A program made the translations under genes and the position numbers. A DNA stretch of 64,000 nucleotides from Clostridiales bacterium (GTDB taxonomy: Bacteria > Bacillota > Clostridia > Saccharofermentanales > Saccharofermentanaceae). Below are positions 19,024 through 27,336 of this stretch, one piece after another (the stretch's first letter is position 1; each line of letters starts with the position of its first letter). Below the pieces are notes generated by a model. It saw nothing but the letters and a program-made list of their open reading frames with translations, had not been told where the DNA came from and did not search any database. The stretch spans positions 15,052 to 79,051 of the forward strand of contig JAGCXQ010000062.1 in assembly GCA_017961235.1 (NCBI GenBank), in the 5' to 3' direction.

Positions 19024-20217
19024 ATGAGCAATTTTTCCATCGTCAAAAAGATCGCCAGAAAGAATATGTGCAACCGTTTGCTGATTGCGCTGGTTATTTT
19101 TCTTATCGGAGTCGTCATTGCTTTTATCGAGATCCCGAAGACCACAAGATATTTTCTTGCAAATAAGAACGTATTCTCCACTTCCTGCGATAATTACAAG
19201 AATGGAAAGTTCTATAAAGGTGAGCTCTACTACCTTTATGATTGCTTCGGAACCAATGATGACGGCGGATTCTATCTCGCGCCGGCGCAAAACGATGCCG
19301 GCGAAGACCGCTTCCTGATCGTGTTTATTCCGAACAAATATGAAGAAAAAGCCATGGCGATCATCGACCAGACCTATAAATGGATGGAAACAGGAGATGA
19401 CAGCATACTGACGGAGTCGATCAAATGCAGAGGATTCCTCGACGATGTCGATTCCACCACGTACCGGTACTGCTACGAGTATATGGATTATGCCGGACTT
19501 CCCCAGTCTGCAAGAGATTACGTCTGTGATACCGAGTTCGTCTTCTACCCGGTAGAAAAGATCCTTCTTAGTGAGACCGGATTCTTCATCCTGATCATCC
19601 TGGTCATCTTCGGAGGAGCGGTCGCTACGGCAATTACCGCATTTACGAAGGGATATCTCAAGCCGCTGAAGAAACGTCTGGAAAAGGAAAATATGACCTT
19701 GAAGGATCTCGATGAGGAATTCAGAGACCCTATCTTCAATGTCGCAAATATCTATGTCAGCAACAAGCATGTGATCCAGGTGACCGCCTCCCCGAGCCTT
19801 CTGAAGATCGAGGATGTTATCTGGCTCTACCCGAGCCTTTCGGCGGTAGCAAGCGGCAGTCAGTCGATCTTCTACTCCTTCTTCTACACCAGGAACCATG
19901 AGTGTGTGAAGTATTCACTTAAAACTGCCACAACTGCCGAGGTTCTCTGTAAGTCCGTGCATTCGTTACAGCCCAGAGCACTGTATGGTTTTATCCCTGA
20001 GAATCAGAGCATGTATTATCAGCACTTCAATGAACTTGTCGATCAGGTGTACAATCAGACAGATGATACTCAGGAAGAGAGTGTCTCTGAAGGATCAGCA
20101 GAGATCCCTTCTGAACCGCAGGATGCTCCGGCCATGGAAGAAAATACACAGCCGGCAGCCGCCGATATTCTTACCCCATCCAGCGTAGCACAGAAAGAGG
20201 AGGATGATCTTTTATGA
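19024..20217 (+). CDS. Hypothetical membrane protein (2 TM, acidic C-terminal tail)
   Basis: 397 aa ORF. TM segments LLIALVIFLIGVVIAFI and GFFILIILVIFGGAVATAITAF. I recognise no motif. The stop overlaps the nadE start (ATGA). Confidence 0.6.
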   Translation: MSNFSIVKKIARKNMCNRLLIALVIFLIGVVIAFIEIPKTTRYFLANKNVFSTSCDNYKNGKFYKGELYYLYDCFGTNDDGGFYLAPAQNDAGEDRFLIVFIPNKYEEKAMAIIDQTYKWMETGDDSILTESIKCRGFLDDVDSTTYRYCYEYMDYAGLPQSARDYVCDTEFVFYPVEKILLSETGFFILIILVIFGGAVATAITAFTKGYLKPLKKRLEKENMTLKDLDEEFRDPIFNVANIYVSNKHVIQVTASPSLLKIEDVIWLYPSLSAVASGSQSIFYSFFYTRNHECVKYSLKTATTAEVLCKSVHSLQPRALYGFIPENQSMYYQHFNELVDQVYNQTDDTQEESVSEGSAEIPSEPQDAPAMEENTQPAAADILTPSSVAQKEEDDLL

Positions 20218-22139
20218 AAGATGGATTTTTACGAGTAGCCGCCGCCACGCCGAAGATCCGTGTAGCAGACATTGACGCCAATGCAGAGGCGATCATTTCC
20301 AGTGTAAACAGTGCAGATAAGGACTGTGCCCTTCTGGTATTCCCGGAACTCTGCGTGACAGGAAGCACCTGCGGCGACCTTTTCCGTCAGGAAGCTTTTG
20401 TAGAGAAAGCATGGGAAGCACTCTACCGCATCGCAGATGAGACATCGGAAGCATCTTCCGTCTTTATCATCGGTCTTCCCGCCTATATCGAGGGAAAACT
20501 CCTGGATCTCGCAGTCGTTATCCATGAAGGCGTGATCCTCGGATGCAACGTCAAGCTCACCCTTACCGAAGAACAGTCCCGCTACTTCTCCCCTTATGAG
20601 ATCAACGGTTCTTTCTACGACGAGCACTTCGACGATGAGATTTCCTTCGGCCAGCCGCTTTATTTCTGTGAGAACGACCTGTTCTCGTTCTCCGTTGTCT
20701 TCGACGAAGATCTTCGTGCACCGATCTCTGACGATGTCGATGCCGCACTTTCCGGATGCCACATCATCGCGGCACTTTCGAGCCGTCCTTATACCATCGG
20801 TTCCGATGAAAAGTCCGCACAGATCCTCTGTGCCCAGAGCAGAAAGCTCCACGCCGCATACATCTATGCCAATGCCGGATTCGGCGAATCCACCACGGAC
20901 CTCGTCTTCGCCGGCACGAACTTCATCTTCGAGAATGGAAAAGAACTCGTACGAAGCGGTGCTTTTAAAGAGGGAACGATCTATACGGATATCGACCTCA
21001 AGCTCCTTGCTTCCGAGAGATTAAGAGACGACGCCTGGAGAACGGACTTTGCAAATTCCTCTTCTGAATCAGACTTCGATATCATCACATTCCCGATGGA
21101 TCTGAATGAGGATCTTGATCTGATCCGCAAAGTCGGCAAAAATCCGTTTGCGCCGGAAGATAAGGAAGAGATCACCCGCCGCTGTGAGCAGATCCTCACC
21201 ATTCAGGCGATGGGACTGGTCACCCGTATGACCCACATCAACAGTAAGAAAGTCATCCTCGGTCTGTCTGGCGGTCTAGACTCCACGCTGGCCTTCCTGG
21301 TCTGCGCCCGTGCCTTTGATATCATGGGCCTTCCGAAGAGCGATATTCATGCCATCACGATGCCGTGCTTCGGCACCACATCCAGAACGAAGAATAACTC
21401 CATCGAGCTGGCAAAAGCATATGGCGCCAAGATCGATGAGATCTCCATCAAGGACTCTGTTCTTTCTCACTTCAAGGATATCGGACATGATCCCGAAAAC
21501 CATAATGTCGCATATGAGAATGCCCAGGCCAGAGAGCGTACGCAGCTTCTCATGGATCTTGGAAACGATGAAGGTTCCCTTGTCGTCGGCACCGGTGACC
21601 TCAGCGAGCTTGCGCTCGGCTGGGCGACCTATAACGGTGACCACATGTCCATGTATGCCGTAAACGGCTCTGTGCCGAAGACCCTGATCCGCCACATCGT
21701 TGCATATGAGGCAGACCGCGTCAACGATACACAGCCGCAGCTCGCATCTGTTCTTCGTGACATCCTGGCAACTCCGGTATCTCCGGAGCTCTTGCCTCCG
21801 ACAGCGGACGGTACGATCTCGCAGAAGACGGAAGATCTCGTCGGACCTTACGAACTCCACGACTTCTTCCTCTACTATTTCGTACGTCTGGGATTCGCTC
21901 CATCGAAGATCTACCGTCTGGCGAAGGTTGCTTTTGCCGGTGAATACGATGACGCTACGATCTATAAGTGGGAAGAAAACTTCTTAAGACGTTTTATCTC
22001 CCAGCAGTTCAAGCGCTCCTGCCTGCCGGACGGCCCGAAGGTCGGATCGGTCGATGTATCTCCGAGAGGCGATCTGAAGCTTCCTTCCGACGCCACTTCC
22101 AAAGTATTTCTGGATGAACTGAAGACGGTACTGGAGTAA
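20214..22139 (+). CDS. nadE: Glutamine-dependent NAD+ synthetase (CN-hydrolase + NAD synthase domains)
   Basis: 641 aa. N-terminal nitrilase-like domain (LLVFPELCVTG). C-terminal domain with the SGGLDST P-loop and the GTGDLSELALGWATYNGDHMSMY motif. Confidence 0.9.
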   Translation: MKDGFLRVAAATPKIRVADIDANAEAIISSVNSADKDCALLVFPELCVTGSTCGDLFRQEAFVEKAWEALYRIADETSEASSVFIIGLPAYIEGKLLDLAVVIHEGVILGCNVKLTLTEEQSRYFSPYEINGSFYDEHFDDEISFGQPLYFCENDLFSFSVVFDEDLRAPISDDVDAALSGCHIIAALSSRPYTIGSDEKSAQILCAQSRKLHAAYIYANAGFGESTTDLVFAGTNFIFENGKELVRSGAFKEGTIYTDIDLKLLASERLRDDAWRTDFANSSSESDFDIITFPMDLNEDLDLIRKVGKNPFAPEDKEEITRRCEQILTIQAMGLVTRMTHINSKKVILGLSGGLDSTLAFLVCARAFDIMGLPKSDIHAITMPCFGTTSRTKNNSIELAKAYGAKIDEISIKDSVLSHFKDIGHDPENHNVAYENAQARERTQLLMDLGNDEGSLVVGTGDLSELALGWATYNGDHMSMYAVNGSVPKTLIRHIVAYEADRVNDTQPQLASVLRDILATPVSPELLPPTADGTISQKTEDLVGPYELHDFFLYYFVRLGFAPSKIYRLAKVAFAGEYDDATIYKWEENFLRRFISQQFKRSCLPDGPKVGSVDVSPRGDLKLPSDATSKVFLDELKTVLE

Positions 22140-22141
22140 GT

Positions 22142-23404
22142 ATGAAGCAGGAGAGAAATTTTCCCAAAGCTGTTGTCACCGAGAAAGCGGAATCCGCACT
22201 TAAGCGCGGCCATCCGTGGGTCTATGATACCGAGATCACTTCTTTTTGTGAAAAGAAAGTAAAAGACGGGATCTTCCCGGAAGACCTCAACGTTCAAAAC
22301 GGCGCACTGACCGACGTTCTTTCTTCCAAGGGACGCTATCTCGGCACCGGCTTTCTGAGCTTAAGCAGTAAGATCCGCATCCGTATCCTCTCCGATAATG
22401 CGAACGAGACCTTCTCTGATACCTTCTGGCAGCGCCGCGTCAAATATGCGCTCGACATGCGAAGGACCGTCATGCAGGACGATTACTCCTGCTGCCGCCT
22501 GATCTTCGGAGAAGCCGATGGTATCCCCGGTCTTACGGTGGACCGCTATGAAGATATTCTTTCCACTGAGGTCCTTTCCTACGGTACCGAGAAGGTAAAA
22601 GACATCATCTACCGCGCACTCGTCGAGGAACTCGCCAAAGACGGGGTCACCGTCCGCGGTATCTTCGAAAGAAACGAAGCTGCTCTTCGCGAGAAGGAAG
22701 GTCTCCCTCTCGAAAAGGGCTGGTATCAGGGAGACTTTGTCGGCACACCTTCTTCTCCCCGTGTGGAGATCACTGAAAACGGGATCAAATATACGGTGGA
22801 TGTCGAAAATGGCCAGAAGACAGGCTTCTTCCTCGATCAGAAATATAACCGTCTGGCAGTAAGCAAGCTCGCCCGCGGCATGAAAGTCCTCGACTGCTTT
22901 ACCCATACGGGTTCTTTTGCCATGAATGCGGCAAAAGGCGGAGCAGCACATGTCACCGCCGTGGATGTTTCCCAGTTTGCCGTAGATACTGCTGCCGAGA
23001 ATGCAAAGATCAACGGTCTTTCCGATCGGATGGACTTCATCTGCGCAGATGTCTTTGAACTTCTTCCGAAGCTCGAGAAGGAGCACGCTGATTATAACTT
23101 CATCATCCTGGATCCTCCGGCATTTACCAAGAGCAGGAAGACCACGGACAACGCCAAGCGCGGCTATAAGGAGATCAACTACAGAGCCATGAAGATGCTG
23201 CCCAGAGGCGGTTATCTTGCGACCTGCTCCTGTTCACACTTCATGCCAAATGAACTCTTCCGGAAGATGCTTCTGGAAGCGGCCAGAGATGCCGGCGTGA
23301 CACTCCGCCTGATCGAAGAAAGAAGAGCGGCCCCGGATCACCCTGTTGCCATGGCGATTCCCGAGACCGACTACCTTAAGTTCTATCTTCTTCAGATCGT
23401 ATGA
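22142..23404 (+). CDS. Class I SAM-dependent rRNA methyltransferase, RlmI/YwbD-like (PUA + MTase)
   Basis: KRGHPWVYDTEI (PUA-like N-terminus), GLTVDRY, KTGFFLDQK, VLDCFTHTGSFAMNAA, IILDPPAFTKS. Confidence 0.85.
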   Translation: MKQERNFPKAVVTEKAESALKRGHPWVYDTEITSFCEKKVKDGIFPEDLNVQNGALTDVLSSKGRYLGTGFLSLSSKIRIRILSDNANETFSDTFWQRRVKYALDMRRTVMQDDYSCCRLIFGEADGIPGLTVDRYEDILSTEVLSYGTEKVKDIIYRALVEELAKDGVTVRGIFERNEAALREKEGLPLEKGWYQGDFVGTPSSPRVEITENGIKYTVDVENGQKTGFFLDQKYNRLAVSKLARGMKVLDCFTHTGSFAMNAAKGGAAHVTAVDVSQFAVDTAAENAKINGLSDRMDFICADVFELLPKLEKEHADYNFIILDPPAFTKSRKTTDNAKRGYKEINYRAMKMLPRGGYLATCSCSHFMPNELFRKMLLEAARDAGVTLRLIEERRAAPDHPVAMAIPETDYLKFYLLQIV

Positions 23405-24050
23405 TCCTTCCCACCCCATTTGCATCTTTTGCGATGAAGGAGGCACCGGCATCCTGAAGTTCTTTTTCAGAGCCGTATCCATATAGGACACCGATGGAAG
23501 CGATATGGTTTTTCACGGCACCTTCGATATCATACATACGATCCCCTACCATGATACAGGAACTGCGGATAACATCCGGATCCTCCGGAGAAATATCGCA
23601 CATCGCCTGCCGGATCAGTTCTTCCTTGGTGTAGTTCACGTCTTTTAATTCCGGACCGATGACCTTCTCAAAGTACCTCAGGATATCGAAGTGCTCTACG
23701 ATCCTCTGCGCGAAAAATGTTGGTTTGGAAGTCACGACATAGAGCTTTATTCCCCTTCCACGAAGATCCCGAAGCATCTCCTCAATACCGTCATAGAGCG
23801 GGGCATTATACATCTCTCCCCCGTTATAGTATTCACGGTAGTACGCGGTCGCCTGCTTCGCATCTTCCTCGGACATATTGCAGAACTGCATGAAAGACTG
23901 CACCAGCGGCGGTCCGATAAAGCACTTGATGCTTTCCTTATCCTCCACCTTATAATCCATCTTCTGAAGCGCATAGAGGATCGAATTAAGGATACCGAAC
24001 TCCGACTGTGTCAGCGTTCCGTCCAGATCAAAAAAGGCATATTGAAACAT
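23376..24050 (-). CDS. HAD-superfamily hydrolase (phosphoglycolate-phosphatase-like subfamily IA)
   Basis: Motif I FFDLDGTLTQSE, motif II VVTSKP, motif IV MVGDRMYDIEGA. Confidence 0.85.
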   Translation of the reverse strand: MFQYAFFDLDGTLTQSEFGILNSILYALQKMDYKVEDKESIKCFIGPPLVQSFMQFCNMSEEDAKQATAYYREYYNGGEMYNAPLYDGIEEMLRDLRGRGIKLYVVTSKPTFFAQRIVEHFDILRYFEKVIGPELKDVNYTKEELIRQAMCDISPEDPDVIRSSCIMVGDRMYDIEGAVKNHIASIGVLYGYGSEKELQDAGASFIAKDANGVGRIIRSEEDRT

Positions 24051-24089
24051 TACTTTCTCTTCTTCTCTTTCTATACAGAATAACGGTCA

Positions 24090-24992
24090 TCAGAAGGATG
24101 TCTTCACCAGGCATCTGTCATCGATATCACGGACATTTGCAAATCCCGTGCAGCTCATGACGAACCGAAGTTCATTATTGATACCGGTAAGGAACTTCGT
24201 CATGCCCTCGATACCGCCTTCTTCGAGAGAAGGGAGCATGGATCTTCCGACCGCAGCCGCATCTGCGCCAAGCGCCAGACACTTATACACATCCGCACCG
24301 GAGCTGATTCCGCAGTCAACGATGATCTTTACATCTTTTCCGGAAAGTGCCTCTTTGATCTCCGGAAGCACCATCATCGGCGGAACTGCATATGGAAGTC
24401 TTCCATGATGGTGGCTGACGATGATCGCCTTGGCTCCGAGATCTGCGCACTTCACGGCTTCTTCCGCGCTCAGGACACCCTTGATAAAGAATGGAAGCTT
24501 CGTGGACTCGATGTAGGATCGGATCATTTCCGATGTCTGTACTGCCATCTTCTCTCCGATAACGACATCCAGCCCTTCATTTCCGAAGATGTGATCGATA
24601 TCCATTCCTATGCCAAAAGCACCCGCCGCTTCAGCAAACTGCATCTGGTCTCTTACTTTTCCATTATCCGCATACGGCTTTACAATACGTACTGTTTTTG
24701 CACCGGTATCGGCGATCTTCTGGAAAAGATCATTTTCCATCATACCGACAAAATTCAGTATATTCATGTTCTTCGCTGCGATGGAGTACTCCTCCAGTCC
24801 GGTCAGCTCTCTTCCCTTAAATTGCATCAGATGGGAAAAAGCCGGTGTCATGACAGGACTTTCAAAAGTCTCTCCGAATAATTCCGTCGATGTATCCGCT
24901 ACTACAGAATCGATCAGGCGTTCCTTGATCAGAATACTGTCCATATACCTGGCCGTGATCTCATTTGCATCAGATATTCTAGTATATGCCAT
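24090..24992 (-). CDS. FMN-dependent alpha-hydroxy-acid oxidising enzyme (FMN_dh family, compact 300 aa form)
   Basis: IKGVLSAEEA..GAKAIIVSHHHGR ... IIVDCGISSGADVYKCLALGADAAAVGR is the TIM-barrel FMN_dh signature. RBS GGAGG. Confidence 0.8.
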   Translation of the reverse strand: MAYTRISDANEITARYMDSILIKERLIDSVVADTSTELFGETFESPVMTPAFSHLMQFKGRELTGLEEYSIAAKNMNILNFVGMMENDLFQKIADTGAKTVRIVKPYADNGKVRDQMQFAEAAGAFGIGMDIDHIFGNEGLDVVIGEKMAVQTSEMIRSYIESTKLPFFIKGVLSAEEAVKCADLGAKAIIVSHHHGRLPYAVPPMMVLPEIKEALSGKDVKIIVDCGISSGADVYKCLALGADAAAVGRSMLPSLEEGGIEGMTKFLTGINNELRFVMSCTGFANVRDIDDRCLVKTSF

Positions 24993-25023
24993 AAGGTGCC
25001 TCCTAAGAATAAATCATATAAAG

Positions 25024-25032
25024 AGTATAGCA
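25024..25032 (-). promoter_or_regulatory. Extended -10 element (TGcTATACT) upstream of the FMN_dh/HAD operon
   Basis: Minus strand reads TGCTATACT, about 30 nt upstream of ATG 24992. Confidence 0.4.
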
Positions 25033-25086
25033 TTATCCTCACCTCCAAAAGAACTCAGATCTTGTGGAAAAATACTCTGATTTTGC

Positions 25087-25118
25087 AAAAAAGAAGACCG
25101 GCGTTTCCGACGGTCTTC
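25087..25118 (-). terminator. Rho-independent terminator ending the 27152-25146 operon
   Basis: GAAGACCG (25093-25100) pairs with CGGTCTTC (25111-25118), followed on the minus strand by UUUUUU. Confidence 0.65.
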
Positions 25119-25145
25119 CTGCTTGCAATTATAGGGGAATTCCCT

Positions 25146-25721
25146 TTATGCCCACGGGTTCGCAGCATCCGGTACACGGATCCCTACCAGGATGAACTGC
25201 TCCCACAGGAACCACTCACCGGTAGAGGGCTTCGTGCGAAGCTTGATCTGTCTCGGGTTGTCCGCGCCGCCGGAATTCAGGTTCACCGTAAGATATCCTT
25301 CGTTGATATTATCTCTGCTGTGAGCAAGCTCATACACAGTCACGGAATACGGGCGCTGCGGCATATAGTTGTTTTGCGGTGTCGCGCCATTCAGATAAGA
25401 GCGCGGTATATAGTCGGAATCCCTGAAACGGTCCGCAATAAAAGAGAGTTCATACGGAGACAGCGGCTGCGGTCCCTTCAGAAAATTCAGCATACGGATG
25501 CTCTCATCCTTATTGAACGGATACACACAGAGAGCTGCGACCGTAAGGGCAGCAACATCGAGAGGATCCTTCATGGAAGCTTCCGGAAGAGCTTTCAGCT
25601 GCTCCAGCGTCTCCGGCATCTCCTGGAAAACCACTGTCTTCTTCGGAAGTTCAGCGGATGCATTCGCTGCTGCGCTCTGGGCACCTGCAATACCATTTTG
25701 TAAACTGTCAAATAAACCCAT
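25146..25721 (-). CDS. Hypothetical protein (no recognised motif)
   Basis: 191 aa ORF with RBS AAAGGAGAA. Co-oriented and closely spaced with the two upstream genes. Confidence 0.6.
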   Translation of the reverse strand: MGLFDSLQNGIAGAQSAAANASAELPKKTVVFQEMPETLEQLKALPEASMKDPLDVAALTVAALCVYPFNKDESIRMLNFLKGPQPLSPYELSFIADRFRDSDYIPRSYLNGATPQNNYMPQRPYSVTVYELAHSRDNINEGYLTVNLNSGGADNPRQIKLRTKPSTGEWFLWEQFILVGIRVPDAANPWA

Positions 25722-25757
25722 AGTTATTCTCCTTTACGAAGTTTTACTCAGTTACGA

Positions 25758-26480
25758 TCAGCGGTTGACCGGTCCTCTGTTGACGATACCGCCATTATTT
25801 GTGCTCTCATCCTTCCAGGATTTTCTCGTAAACATATTCTCGAGGTCTGTCTTTTTCTGTTCTGCCTGTGCGGCAATCGGATCGCCTTCCGCTGAGGCCG
25901 CAAACGGTGCAGCATACTGGGTATCACCGGAAACCGGAGTCGAAGGTGTGCCTACTACCGGTACCGGCGGTTCAGCAGGAGCTATATACTCAGAAGGAAC
26001 ATCAATTCCGGAACCGGCCGGCTCGCCAACTATTTCGGATGATCCGGGGTTAAACGGCGGAGGTTCCGGCAGTCTGTCGGATCCCGGGACCGGATCAGAT
26101 GCGGATACGCCCGGCTGGAACGGCGGCGGCTCAGGGAGTCTGTCTTCCACAGGAGCAACAGGAGCTACAGGGACTGCAGGGACTTCCGGGACTGCTGGAA
26201 CTTCCGGAACGGCAGGTACTTCAGGTACAGCAGGTACTTCAGGAACTGCAGGAACTTCCGGCAATTCCGATGTAACAGGTAATTCCGGCATCGGAGCCTG
26301 TACCGGAGTTTCAGCAACAGGAAATTCCGGAGCAGCCGGAGCTACAGGAGCTACAGGAGCTTCGGGAACAACAGGTGCTTCCGCGACCGGAGCTGCCGGA
26401 ATGCTATCCAGTCTGTTTCCGCAGTTCATGCAGAAAAGATCACCGTCTCTTACGGGATTACCACACTTTAAACAATTCAT
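25758..26480 (-). CDS. Zinc-ribbon protein with long Pro-rich repetitive tail
   Basis: [24 protein letters not shown] is a CxxC..CxxC zinc ribbon. It is followed by five copies of (PEVPAV) and two copies of DRLPEPPPF(Q/N)PG. RBS GAAGGAGGA. Confidence 0.7.
   Translation of the reverse strand: MNCLKCGNPVRDGDLFCMNCGNRLDSIPAAPVAEAPVVPEAPVAPVAPAAPEFPVAETPVQAPMPELPVTSELPEVPAVPEVPAVPEVPAVPEVPAVPEVPAVPVAPVAPVEDRLPEPPPFQPGVSASDPVPGSDRLPEPPPFNPGSSEIVGEPAGSGIDVPSEYIAPAEPPVPVVGTPSTPVSGDTQYAAPFAASAEGDPIAAQAEQKKTDLENMFTRKSWKDESTNNGGIVNRGPVNR
26170..26259. repeat. Five tandem 18-bp coding repeats (PEVPAV units)
   Basis: The + strand reads GGn ACT GCn GGn ACT TCn five times, with only synonymous or wobble differences. 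Confidence 0.85.
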
Positions 26481-26498
26481 AAAAATCCTCCTTCTCAG

Positions 26499-27152
26499 TT
26501 ATAGGGTTATGATTGAACACTCCATTTTCTTCATAAATGCATAATACTCAGGTTTCATCGACTCCGCATTCGGTCCTTCAAGCGAAGCATACATGACCGT
26601 GCTTCCATCGATACTGCAATACGTGTTATATGTCATGAAATCCGACTCACTGGCAAAGGCGAAATACTCTTTTTTCTCGACGAACTCATTTTTCATCCCT
26701 GCCGTTTTCTCGAAGCTCTCAAAGGTCTGCTTTCTTGCATTCAGGATATCCTCAAAGTATTTCTGTGCTGCACTTGAGTTTTCAAACTGGATGACCAGCA
26801 CTTCCATATTGGCTACATAGCCGCCCTCGTCCTTACTGTTCGGATCTGTTTTCAGATACTTAAACACAGACTTGATATCACTTCTATCAACGGTCGCATG
26901 GAACGCGAAGAAAGTCATGTCCTTTGATCTCACTTCGGTAAATACACCGTCTTTAAAATCCGCAGCATATTCATTGATCGAATACTTTGAATCGACCATC
27001 TTCTCATACTGTTCAGATTCTGCTTTTTGCGCATGGCATGTCTCTTCCAGTGCGCTCTTCACATCACTGACCTTTGAACTGAAACCGTTCTTACAGGACG
27101 CAAGTCCCAAAGCTAAAATAATAACTGTTAAAAATGCTAATACTCTTTTCAT
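26499..27152 (-). CDS. Hypothetical lipoprotein
   Basis: ATG 27152 follows GAGGGTGA. Signal peptide with lipobox LGLASC. Confidence 0.7.
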   Translation of the reverse strand: MKRVLAFLTVIILALGLASCKNGFSSKVSDVKSALEETCHAQKAESEQYEKMVDSKYSINEYAADFKDGVFTEVRSKDMTFFAFHATVDRSDIKSVFKYLKTDPNSKDEGGYVANMEVLVIQFENSSAAQKYFEDILNARKQTFESFEKTAGMKNEFVEKKEYFAFASESDFMTYNTYCSIDGSTVMYASLEGPNAESMKPEYYAFMKKMECSIITL

Positions 27153-27282
27153 ATTCACCCTCATAAATCTTATCTATTAAATTTTATCTTTATACCCTAA
27201 ATAATTCAAGCGCTGACCATATTCATCACTTTGTTCATCTTGCAAGGCCTCAGTGTAAAACAAAATGATGAATAATCGATAG

Positions 27283-27308
27283 AAAAAGGGGGCCCTCTGA
27301 GCCCCCTT
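27283..27308 (-). terminator. Rho-independent terminator downstream of pheT
   Basis: AAGGGGGC (27286-27293) pairs with GCCCCCTT (27301-27308), followed by a U-tract on the minus strand. Confidence 0.65.
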
Positions 27309-27336
27309 CTATTCATTCCAGAGATATGTAAGCGAC

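Noticed and set aside
26170-26259. Regularly spaced 18-bp repeats as a possible CRISPR or other non-coding array
   Set aside because: The repeats are contiguous with no spacers, in frame, differ at wobble positions and encode PEVPAV units inside a clear CDS.
25498-26544. 348-aa + strand ORF with collagen-like (GTAGTS)n repeats
   Set aside because: It is the antisense image of the Pro-rich zinc-ribbon gene. It crosses three minus-strand genes and their RBSs and has no RBS or start context of its own.
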